Part shown: in pieces, positions 53,014-64,000 of the stretch
How the letters are laid out: each line of letters starts with the position of its first letter
Numbering within the stretch: position 1 is the first letter of the stretch
NCBI RefSeq assembly: GCF_036321535.1
Contig: NC_087436.1
Coordinates: forward strand, 54,004,001-54,068,000
Origin: Camelus dromedarius
Lineage: Eukaryota
Direction of reading: 5' to 3'
DNA length: 64,000 bases
Notes under the pieces: model-generated
Databases searched by the model: none
The model's input: only the letters and a program-made list of their open reading frames with translations
Told to the model about the DNA's origin: nothing
Made by a program: the position numbers and the translations under genes

Positions 53014-56000
53014 CTGAAAATAAGAGACATATTGAATTAAAAATCTACAGATTTGCAATTACACAAATAACCTCCCTTAAATAAAATAAACTTAGTATTA
53101 AATGTTTAAGATGGTTACTATCTGAGGTGTATATTTATGTTCAAAAGAACCATTACAACCCTACTAAATACTTCATAAAATAAGTACACAAAAATAAGTG
53201 GGGGTCATACTTTTTTCTTTGCTGACCATCTCTCCATAAACCAAAAGAAGTTTTCATTAACTTTCATTATACCTAATTTATCACTATCTTCTTAAAACTG
53301 GATGTGCCTGGAAAGCAACAGTTGATGACAGAAACACCAGCAATGTTCTTTCCACGAGCCTGATCATTGAAGTACTGCAGTTACATACGAGGCCATCAAT
53401 TTGTGTCATTTTTCACTATCTGTTCTCTAAAGAGCCAAAATACAAAACATTTTAAATGGTTCTAGTTAATGATTAAGAATATGTCCTTTTCAATTGGTAA
53501 GACTAGTGGAACTATCTATTCCTTATCTTCATTCCTACTCTTTATTAAAATTCATGTTATGCATCACTCACATCAGCTGCTGCAACCACGCATTCACGAG
53601 TCTAAAGCACCAAATCAAATGCTACGCTTTCTTATACTTCAAACCCATTTTTTCTCCTTAGCTTTATAGTAAACCACTCTCAGTTTATTGATTCCCAATG
53701 ATTCCATTACAGTCATGCTTAGACAAACTTTTTTACAGTGTCTCATAAGAGACTACTACAAAATCTAAGGATAACGAAGGTATCTAATTGATGAAAATTC
53801 TTCAATAGCCAACATTAGAATTATCATTTTGGAGTTCATGACTTACTGTAAGGATGTTCTGGTCTCTTATTAACAAAGATCTAATTTCTCAGCCTAGAAG
53901 CCATCTTACTTAAAAATCACTATCTTTTCATTCTCACTTTTAATGGGGGAGGGTTCCACTTCTCATTCTGTTTCACAAGTGGCCTCATAAGCAATCCTCC
54001 CTCTCTCTTCTTCACTTTCAAATTTTTAGAGCATATCCTACAGGGTTGTTATGTGAGCTGTTAACCTCTGAAACAACTTCTTTTCCCCAGTATAGCTATA
54101 AGTCATAGAGGTATTCCTCTCTACCTAAATAAAAGACTGCATTCCTATCATCTCTCTTACTTACCACTATATTACTGAAAATCCTCTATAATTCAAACTT
54201 CCAAGACTAAGAGTACTTCCTACTTTTAAAGCTAACCTTTAAGTTTATTTATTTATTCATTTTTTAACTCAGTAGCATGAGGTATCCCATCACCTATTAG
54301 GAAAACAAATTATGTTACATACTTCCATGAGTTCAATGACCATCCACAGGAGATGACACATTAATCTACTTGTCTACCTCTTAAATGAATGGTTACTTGA
54401 GAATCTTTATAGATTTCAAATCTTAAATTAACTGTCACCAACTTAAATTAATGAAATCAAAGACATATTCATTACCCTTTCCACCTGTCCCTAAACTTAG
54501 TTTCCAACAGTGGGATCATTTCAATGACTACTAAAGTAAGAAATTTAGGAATAGTCTGTTGCACTCTTCTTCCAAAAATGGAATCTGCTATTACATCTTA
54601 TTGCTTTGTATGTTCGTTTTCTTCTTGCTGTTCTTCAGGCAATGGCGACATTAATGAATTACTATTTTTCTTCGCTTTTTATGTTCTAATTGTCTATATG
54701 ACACCAATTTATCTTTCAAGCTTTTGATGCTACAATCAATAGCTTCATGTATTCTTGAAATGATAAAGGGTAAGTAATTATAGGAAAACTGTAGAATCAA
54801 ATAAAAATGTTTTGAATGTTTTTTTATTCAAAAGCATATAAAGAACATCTTAAACATGCACAATGTTATATGCCAATTATGTCGTGGTTTTTTTTAAAAT
54901 ACAAAAGTAAAACAAAACTAGCATATTCCTCAGCTTTCAGTCAATGTAAAAGCAACACTGCCAGTCCCTGGGGAAAGTAAACCCCTTCTAAAACCTTTTG
55001 CTTTTCAGCCAATTTGCTTTTTAACTGAGGAGTACAATCCTCCTTAGCTAGTTTTAAAGACATGGAGTTACACACTTTAGAGGAATATATGTAAAAATAT
55101 ACCCAAAATTTATCAGGATATGTTTAAAGTAATATATAGTATAATACTGGAGAACAACTGTAACAGTCATCCTCGTTCAAAGGGGCTTCCAGTACACATA
55201 CCTCTAGTTCACACCACATGAATCTATTACCCGATTACAGCCGGCTAGACTCTGACTCAAGTCCAGCCTGTATACAGGCTGGCCAACAGTCTATCAGATG
55301 GTCTAGTTTGAAAGATCAGGCTAAACATGATAATGAACTAAAAAAAAAAAAAAAAAAAAAAAAAATCAGGTTCTCGCTCAGCAATTTTAAATTCAGACAG
55401 ACAACTGAAAAGTTCTTGGGAGGTGGAGGGAAGGACAGTCAGAGAGGGGTTAAAACAAAGATACATACAGAATGAAAGTGAATAGAAACCAAAGTCAGTG
55501 GAAGCCATTAGGTAATAGAAGGCAGAAACATAAAGTAGCTGTATGTGTATATGCATGTCTGCACGAGATAAAATCTATTTGTTTTCTGGATAATGTGTGG
55601 ACTTCAGTGAAAACATTCAATACCTCAATAGCAACCCAGACTTAGTAATATAAAGTTGACTTATATGTAAGAGTAAGTTTTTTAATTTGATTGTAGCAAT
55701 AAATAAATGCTTCTTATTTGATTATTTCTATTCTTTCTAAATCTAGTAGTAATTCTTTTATTTTTTACTTTTACTTTCCTAAACTTACTTGAAGTATACA
55801 TTCATTTAGCATTTTCATAAAGTGTAAGCTATGATGAAAACCACAAAAAGTGTTTTCTTTTTATATAGACTGAGATTCATAAAATCTTTTTATATATCTA
55901 CTTCTCAAATATTTAAAAACTGATTTTATGTACTTTCCCATTTTTAACTACCTGAAGGAAATGAGTCTTTTATTAAAACTTTTTAAACTCTGTAAGCCAA

Positions 56001-56635
56001 ATAAAAACACAGTGCTAGATTCTACCTTAATGTTTGTTAGGCTAAACAGTAATATACATTGAGTTTCAAATTTTCTCTAATACTTTTCTATAATTAATTC
56101 TTAGCTTTTTACATTTTTCTTTAGAAGAACAAGAAAAAACTATGAGGCATGAATATAAAAGAATGAGTGACTTTTATATGTGGGTTGTTGACTTCACATT
56201 TCTCATTCATACTTTGTATTGCCTTTGAAAAACGGTAATACTGATAACTGTAATAGATTCTTACAAAATGAGGTTAATTTCCAACACTAAAGTGGCAATG
56301 TATATTTAAGCAACCTGACAACATGGTGCATTTTTTTGACTATCAATTTTACTCAGTGATTTTTCTAGGTATACACATGTTTTATACTGAAATAAACATA
56401 TACTTGCTATGGAGCAGAGGGTAAAGTTAAAATAAACTTATACAACAAAACAGGAGATTTTATGTTTTTGGTGGTGCCCTCACTAGTCCATCCTCTGTAT
56501 ATACTTTCTTTTGTTGTTAAGAGCATTCAAGTGGAAAAGTCTGATAAACACTTTTGCAGTATGATTAAGTACAGATAGGGAGGGAAAAGCATGATATTGA
56601 TCCAGCCCACTAATTCCATATTACGTTAGACTGAG

Positions 56636-56820
56636 TTTGGTTCTCAAGCTTTATAGGCATCCGAATCACCTGGAGGACTTGTTAAACTAAATGGCTGAAC
56701 CCAGCTCCTAGAGTTCCATTTCCAGTACGTATGGGTGAGAGGGTCCAAGAATTTGCATCTAACAAGTTCCTAGTGATTCTGATACTGCTGGTCCAAGACA
56801 GGAAATCAGTATTTTGGAGT
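56636..56820. mobile_element. MER5A-like hAT MITE
   Basis: tggttctcaagctt...gcatccgaatcacctggaggacttgttaaa...gaatttgcatctaacaagttcctagtgattctgatactgctggtcc. Confidence 0.75.
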
Positions 56821-57064
56821 AATAGAAGAATAAGAATAACAGTAATGACTACAACAACAACAATTAGGAGGAAGACTAGAAGAATAAGATGTAAAGTTTT
56901 GTTTGCTTTTACACATTTTCAACTTCAGTTATCAGCCTAATCTTTCAAACCATACACTCAGACCATTGGTACACTTTCCAAGGCTATCATAAAATCTCAT
57001 TTACTGAAGAGAAATGAAAGGAGAGAAAACAAGATGAAGTATAAATTCCAACTATTATCACACA

Positions 57065-57240
57065 ACTGATTTAATCCCAGCTTATCACCAACTAGTTGTG
57101 TAAGATTGGCAGGATATGCAATCAAATTTCTCATGTGTATAAAATAACCCTATCTCATATGAAGTTGTTATGAGAATCTGAAATAATGTATATAACACCT
57201 GCTATGCTGGAGACACATAATAGCATTTAGCTATTACTTA
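57065..57240 (+). mobile_element. MIR remnant
   Basis: aatcccagctt...actagttgtgt...gttgttatgagaatctgaaataatgtatataacacct. Confidence 0.55.
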
Positions 57241-58775
57241 GAAATTCATCATTACTATTATTACTACTATGAGATACCTTGAGAGTACAATCTGAAAAGG
57301 ACAAAACATTTCTAGATAATTCCTGTCTTATTTTTTCCTTTGCCTCAACTCAGTTTTAAATCTGTTATATAGGGGACTACTTTATTTAAAGGTATCAAAA
57401 TCTTGCAAATTACTGCAATTTATGGTCATAGCTATGCTCCCACATTCATCTTGTTCATGAAATTTCTTACTAATTCTCTGGAATTTTGAGCATCAGCACA
57501 CAGATCTGTTCATTTTTAGAGGATTTTTTTTGTACGTGCAAATTTAAACATAATTATGTTTTACAGTTAATCCAAATCTAACAAGTATATGCTAATATCG
57601 TTCCTCTACTGTTATATAAGGTGCAGAGCAGCATGACGATGAACACATCAACTTCTAATTTCTTTTTTTTTTTTCTGGTTCACGTAATCTTTTTCCATTG
57701 TTAAATTTCTAACAAGAAGAAATATAAGCCTAATTAATTCTCTTGGGTCATGTCACATTTCTGAAGATACTTATTTTAAAAAGGAGACTCTAATCCACTT
57801 TCTCAGCCAGTCATATAAAAAAAAAAAAAAACCAATGTGGTGATTAAGCAATAAATAACCATTTAAACATATCCCATTTATTTTAATGAGTAGAGATTAG
57901 TGATATGCCCTTAACAAGCCTCTGATTAAATGTATAAAGGTTACAAATTATGTCTTTAGAACACAGCTCTCATCTACTAGAATGTTATTTGAAGCAATCT
58001 CAAACAGCAGAATTATCATGAAACTGTGACAAAGTATTATAAGGACTGATATTAAGTAAGATCATACAGGACTAGCAATCTACTTCAAAAGAATCTGTTC
58101 AAAATTTCTGAATCTATGTTATAGTGTGTGTGTTCATTCTTAAGAAAATAGGTTTTAAGATAAAAATCGATTTCTGGAAATCCATACTGTGGTTCTAATG
58201 AGGTTGAAAGTAAGCTACTTGATTTAAAAAAATCAAGCTGCTTTGCACCTAAGAAGATTTAGATAGTGGTTGGTCTAGGTTAACAAACAATGCCTGGAGG
58301 GGTTCCATTGTTCAAACTAGATCTGCTTCAGTTCTTTGTGGTCCCAAGGGAATTTCTATCTATTCAGAGCAGGTCAAATCTACTTCAAGTACACTAAATA
58401 CTCCCAGACCACTAGGAATCTCTGAACTTTTATGACCAGCCTGAATCTGAATAACAGCACAGTGATTATAATTACAATAGCTTAGATGTACAAACAAACA
58501 ACAGATGGTCAGTTTTCACTAACAACCAAAAGATGATTTACCAATATAGAACCTCAATGGAACCTGAAAGATATTTGGAGCACCTCTAAACACATGAAAA
58601 AATTTCACGCCAATGTTCTTTTTGGTAATACACGTATGAACAAGTTGTTTTACTAGGCCAAAAACAACAGATATTGGTACTTACAATGCCAACTGCCACA
58701 GTGATTACATAATGTATAAAACTGTGTAAAACTGAAGCCAGAATTTTTAAGTATCTTCTCTTTAAAGTGTAATAA

Positions 58776-58840
58776 TATAATATAATATAATATAATATAA
58801 TATAATATAATATAATATAACATAACATAACATAACATAA
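58776..58840. repeat. Compound pentanucleotide microsatellite (TATAA)9(CATAA)4
   Basis: Counted directly from the sequence. Confidence 0.95.
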
Positions 58841-59621
58841 CATATATGCAACTTACTAAAATAAAAGGACTAAAAATCATATCAAATTTTGACAAATAGA
58901 GGTATAGTACTGGCCTTCCCTTAAACTTAAAAACTGCTTTAAGAAGTCAGTGTTTCTCTCGAACTGAATGAACTAAAATCATGTACAAATATTTCTGCTA
59001 CAATATAATTTTCCCAAAGAAATCTCCTCTCACTGGATGTAAGCCACATACAATCAGGTGGATTAGATATTATATAATCTAAGCTTTGCTGTCACTTGTT
59101 TTTCCAGAGTATATTCACATGGAAACCTAATAAATAAATATTCCCCAGGAAGGTGAGTTCAGAGAACAGTATATTCCAACTGTACTGTTGCAGTCAAGTG
59201 CCAATATCAGAAGGATAGGCCAAACTAAAAAAAAAAAAAAAAAAGAATAGTGAGTTTATCTGGGTATAACACAAACCAACGTATACATTGAAAAAGACAA
59301 GCTCTCCTGTGACAGTGAAGATGAATGACTCAGTGGCAGCTCAAGATCCTATAATCAAAGTAATAAATGATAGAGGTACAGCAGGGACTAGCAGTGCTGT
59401 TCTTTAACTCTACTCGGAAGGAATGGAATAGCAAATGGAAAATGTATGACTGTAACTATAGTCATTTTAAACAATCACATGAAAAAAGTCAAAGAAAAGA
59501 GAAATAGAAATAAAAAATTTCTAATCTATAAAATTAAAACATAAATTAATAAAACATACTGACAAGTAGGGTGTAAAACTGAAGATGTTCCCAGCAGAAA
59601 AGTTCTTGAGGAAAACCTCAC

Positions 59622-59744
59622 CATTTTTGGCTATTTCTGCTATGATGTTAGCTACTTTGGCTGTGCAGGAAGACTGTGGAATCAACAGACTGGCGAACAG
59701 TTGAAGTATTCCACTTCCTTGGATTTTTTCACTTGTTTCCATAT
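59622..59744 (-). CDS. RAP1GDS1: RAP1GDS1 exon 3 (123 nt): (N)METSEKIQGSGILQLFASLLIPQSSCTAKVANIIAEIAKN
   Basis: Acceptor ctttcag|AT, donor ATG|gtgagg; translation matches SmgGDS; overlaps ORF 59521..59763. Confidence 0.96.
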
Positions 59745-60835
59745 CTGAAAGAGATACATACAAAGATCTTCAGTGAAAATCTTCAACATTAACACTAACT
59801 TCATCTAAAATAAACTTTTAAAGAATTTTCACCATCCATAGTGAAAGTTAGTTCATTACATATTAAAATGTATACATTTATATAAAATTACTTCAGTTCC
59901 ATAACCTGCTTTTATCCAGAGTTTTCATTTACACAAAACACTTTTAATACAATCATTTGTCTATCTAGAACAGATTATAAAGGAACCCTTTCTGAATATA
60001 CCATTTGCATAACAAACTTACTTTTCAATGTTATTTCCAACCCCATCTATTCAAATCAAGAATGCTCTTTTTTCTACTTCACTTCTGAATTCTCTAACAG
60101 CACATTATTTTATTTATATATATTTATATATATATACACACAAATTCTATGATTTCCTATAATGCTACAGCAATTAAAAATAACAGCAATTAAATGAACA
60201 AAAAATTCACCTTATATCATTTTATATGGAGTGATACAGGAGAATATGCAACTACATAGGACTACTATGTTTCTCACACAACCTACTCAAAACCACCACT
60301 AATGAAAATGGGATACAGTAATCAGCAATAAGACCATGGTATTCAGAGATCTATATGGTGATAAAGAAATTCAAGAGGCCCCTGCTTCTTCCCTTTCCTC
60401 ACCATCTTTGTTAAAATACAACTAAAGAGCCTGGGTATGAAACCAATCCACCTCACGTAAAAGGTATGACCTATTAAAATAAAAGAGAACAGGAACACCT
60501 GGAATGATAATGGAAATAAAGAAAAGCTCAAGGAAATAAAACTTAAAATTACTATTTGACTCTGAACAATAAAGGGGAATGACATGTGTTTAAAAATAGA
60601 GAGTTATAAGGCTCATTAAAACATTCCACTTAAATTTGTTTCTATGTGTTGTTCCTCTATATCCTCTACATCCTTTGGCAGATATACCAGTAAGAGAACT
60701 CTAATGATTTCTTGTTAAGTAAATGGCACCTGCTGTGATCAATAGAGAGTAAGAAAACAATTTTTAATAGAATAATTTGAGAAAGTCTAAAAAAAAAAAA
60801 ACTATTTCTTTATAGTAAGTGCTGACTGTTCAGTT

Positions 60836-61089
60836 CAGTGTTTTTCAAACTACAGGTTCCAATCCATTAAGAATTCTGAAGTCAATCGGGGGAACAAGGA
60901 CCAGCAATTTCTTAAAAAGAGAAATAGAATTAACAATATTTGTAACAACAAAGAAACAGAAAAGAATTTCACACATAGTAAGGTAAAACACTGAGTGAAA
61001 CTTCAGTTCAAATTACATGTATGCTTACTGAATGTAAAATGTATTACTAATCATAGGTTCTGTTAAAAAAAAAAAGTTAAAACACAATG
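60836..61089. mobile_element. hAT-Charlie-like MITE remnant
   Basis: cagtgtttttcaaact ... aagttaaaacacaatg terminal inverted ends. Confidence 0.5.
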
Positions 61090-61171
61090 TTCTGTGCAAC
61101 CCTTGACTACCCAGGATTTTGGGTTAAAGAACCATAATCCTCTTAACATCATCATCAGAACTGTTGAATAT

Positions 61172-61243
61172 CTGAAGCAATAGAAAATTATGTGGAAAAC
61201 TGAATGGCTGAAGCAATAGAAAATTATGTCTAAAACTGTAAAT
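61172..61243. repeat. 36-bp-period imperfect tandem duplication
   Basis: ctgaagcaatagaaaattatgt at 61172 and 61208. Confidence 0.85.
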
Positions 61244-64000
61244 CTGTAAAAACTGAAAGTTGTAAAAATGTCAGGGATTTACTATCTTAAAAACATTGAT
61301 TCGCAATTACTGTAGTTATGTGTGTGCCTGCGTGTTTACCTATGACATTAGTACAAAAGATCCAGTATGAAGATTATTCAGTGTTGAAACAACATCCATG
61401 CATTTCCTTTTCCTACCATAAGCCTAGTACACTTTACTACAGCTAATAATATTTCAGTTTCTTACATTTTATGTACTATAATAAAATGGCTGTTTTGGAG
61501 ATACTTCAAAACAACCTTATTTATTAGGTGAAGAAACAGAAGCCCAGAAAGATGAAGCAAACTTGTCTAAAGGTCACCAATCATACTAATCACAAGAGCA
61601 TAAACAGCAAATTCAGATTCTACTACACTAACAAATCAATGTGTGTCACCTGGCTGGTAACACTGGTGTTAATTTTTAGAACAGAAAACTTACTTAAGCA
61701 TAAACAAAACTTGTCTTTTTGTATGCTGTTACTCACCAGTTTCTCGCAATTCAGATTATTATAAACGTAAAGTATACCTAGTGGTATATAAACACAGCAG
61801 CTGTCCTTTCGTTCAGTAAGCCCATTTATAAAATATAATGTGCCTTTTTGCTTTTATTTTGCTTCTCGGGTTAAAAAAAAAATACGTTTTTAAGGTACCA
61901 CCTGAGAATCTGACACCAAATTTCCATTAATTATTATTTATTTATTTATTTTTAGCAAGAAGCCAAAAAGAACTGAACTCAATTTGCCATGTTAAAAATC
62001 TTTTTTCTGACCACTGCTGCCAAAAGATGTACAACCTTAGAGCACTGGGGCAGACTACCCCAGGGGTCTTGTCCCACCATCTGTTGGTGCTGGGATGACA
62101 GCAAGAATCTGGCATAAGGCATGAATCATGATTAGATGTGAAGCTGAGGCATTTGTGTATGTGGAGGCGAGCAGTTAACTGCAAATCACCCATGCATGTC
62201 TCATTTTAACTATAACTAAGAGAATGGCTTAACATCAGAGCTGAATGTCAGGGGCAAAGAAAAAAAAGAAAACAATATAAAACTCTTGCTCTCTGATGAG
62301 TTTCCACGGATTATAATCCAAGTAATCAGGAGAATAGTTGTAATAAATGACTCAAGATTTGGGAATAGTTATTTTTTTTAATGCTATTGTCAGAAAATAA
62401 AAGGAAAAAATATAATCTACTTCTTCACATAAATCTGGTTTACAATTTAGAAAAATCTAAAAGGAATTCTATGTACTTGCTAGCAAGCGGATTTCTATAT
62501 AGGTTTAGAATTTAAATTAAATAGCTGAGAATTACTTTCTTTCATTTAGCATAAAAACAAAGAACCAAACACTGCTTACCGTTAAAACACCACCATCCAA
62601 TAAATAATTACAAAGTTTCAGCCTCATTTCATGTATACCTTCTACACTGACATTCTACTGCATCTCAAAATGCTTATCTGTGAACTAAATATGTTCTCAG
62701 ATATCTTGAAATGATTTTAAGATTTAGTAGTAGTCAATGGTTGGTGTTTGCAGGTCTAAATGAATGACTGCTTGTAAAAAAAAAAAAATCATTCACTGTG
62801 ATCAGGAGTTCTAAAAAAAAAAAAAAAGGCAGACTTCTCATTATCTTTAGCCAGACTAGTACTGACCTTTCAACTACAGCCCTTTAAATGTTTAACTACA
62901 CCCAGGAATCAATTCAAGTTCTTTCTCCCCCTTCACACTTAGGTGCAGGCATAAAAATGTTCAAGTATGCCTACAAAATTACAGGCAGCTAGCAGTCTTT
63001 GAATTTGGAAGAACCCATATAAAGGGCAACTGCTACTCTAAAATAATAACTGTGGGCACCACCCAGGATAGTAGCCCTTGCAGTTCTGCAGGCACTCATT
63101 CTGTCTCGGCAGTCCTTGGCCCACACTCCACCTGACCTCCCGATGGCAAGGAGGCAGCTTCGTTATAAAACTGCCAGTGACAGAAAGAAGAAAGAACTGG
63201 GCAATCCAGTCAGAGAAACTTGAAAGAAGAGTAAATCAAAGAGCTGGGCTACAATGCACAACTCAAAGAATTTCTCAAGGCCAATAACTCAGTACAAGGG
63301 AGGAAGTAGGTAGAATGGGAAGGAACACATATAATTTAAGATACAGCTTGAGAAAGACTCAAGTTCCCAAAAATGCTGCCAGGTAAATACATTAAAATAA
63401 TAGGCTTCACTGTAAAACAACAAGAGGGGTTTTTCAGGTATGCTACTATAATAAGGTGAATTTACAACTTATGCGAGCATATAGGCTTCATGAGGATAAA
63501 TTAATGAAAAGCATTTGATTACCAATTTACAGTAAACTCCAAGTTAGAAAAACAAAAACAATAATTGCTATTACTGTGACTCTATTCAATTAAAAATGTA
63601 TTTGGATAAGATTGATAGTATTGTTTACTCAGAGTTATGAAAACAATAAAGAACTGCTATTTTTATATTATACGTCCAAGGATATTTACAACAGATTGTG
63701 AAGATAAGACTCAGATTTGGGATTGACTGTAAGGACCAAGAACATGACTCGAGGGCTATGTATATCCTTGTCTCTGGGGAACCATTTATTTCTCAAGGGG
63801 TAGATTTTTAGAATAGTATAATAAGAGTCCTAGTCCTGTGCCTGGGAGATCTGATCCAAATCCAAGGCTTCATTTACTACCACAGAGACACGTCCCTAAT
63901 CCTCCTTTTACCCTACTGAAAACAAAGTATGTGCAGTTGGATACACCATAAATGCCTCAAATTTAACATTCCCCAAATCAAACACAGCCTCTTTCCTTTC

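Larger units (their letters stand above)
1..64000 (-). other. RAP1GDS1: RAP1GDS1 (SmgGDS) gene body; window spans intron 2 through intron 9, gene continues beyond both ends
   Basis: Seven in-frame spliced exons translate to the SmgGDS armadillo-repeat sequence (ETSEKIQ...IANFARN) in correct order on the minus strand. Confidence 0.97.

Noticed and set aside
58586..58895. Y/I/L-repeat ORFs
   Set aside because: Translation of the pentanucleotide microsatellite
59622..59744. Amino-acid differences from human in exon 3 (including an in-frame Met)
   Set aside because: Comparison is from memory and several residues probably match other non-primate mammals; no evidence of an alternative start
617..63287. 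Most short ORFs in the six-frame track (e.g. 28964..29332, 10358..10711, 47132..47437, 17993..18292)
   Set aside because: Low-complexity, composition-driven or antisense to exons/repeats; no recognisable protein motifs
1..64000. CRISPR arrays, operons, tRNA/rRNA/snoRNA genes, CpG island
   Set aside because: Eukaryotic intronic DNA; no repeat-spacer array, CpG island or recognisable structural RNA gene seen by eye (Infernal/tRNAscan not run)

Overview
AT-rich, CpG-depleted mammalian genomic DNA lying entirely within the RAP1GDS1 (SmgGDS) gene on the minus strand. Seven coding exons are present (exons 3-9 by human numbering recalled from memory; 123/126/147/129/126/144/132 nt). All have canonical AG/GT sites and all are phase 1-1; they include exon 5, whose skipping gives SmgGDS-558 rather than -607. 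Introns carry old eutherian repeats (L1M, L2, MIR, MLT1, hAT/Charlie). A Vic-1-like SINE and young L1 3' ends suggest a camelid genome. The most notable unexplained structure is in intron 5: a candidate 72-nt poison exon (18297-18368, in-frame TGA). Its tandem 5' splice sites are complementary to a non-repetitive element about 2 kb downstream (16149-16259), and most non-Watson-Crick positions in the best helices read as G-U wobbles on the transcribed strand. This suggests long-range RNA-structure control of unproductive splicing. Other observations are a near-perfect ~100-bp inverted duplication in intron 4 and a TSD-flanked L1 fragment with a divergent 3' tail. Repeat family names and boundaries come from visual recognition and are approximate.
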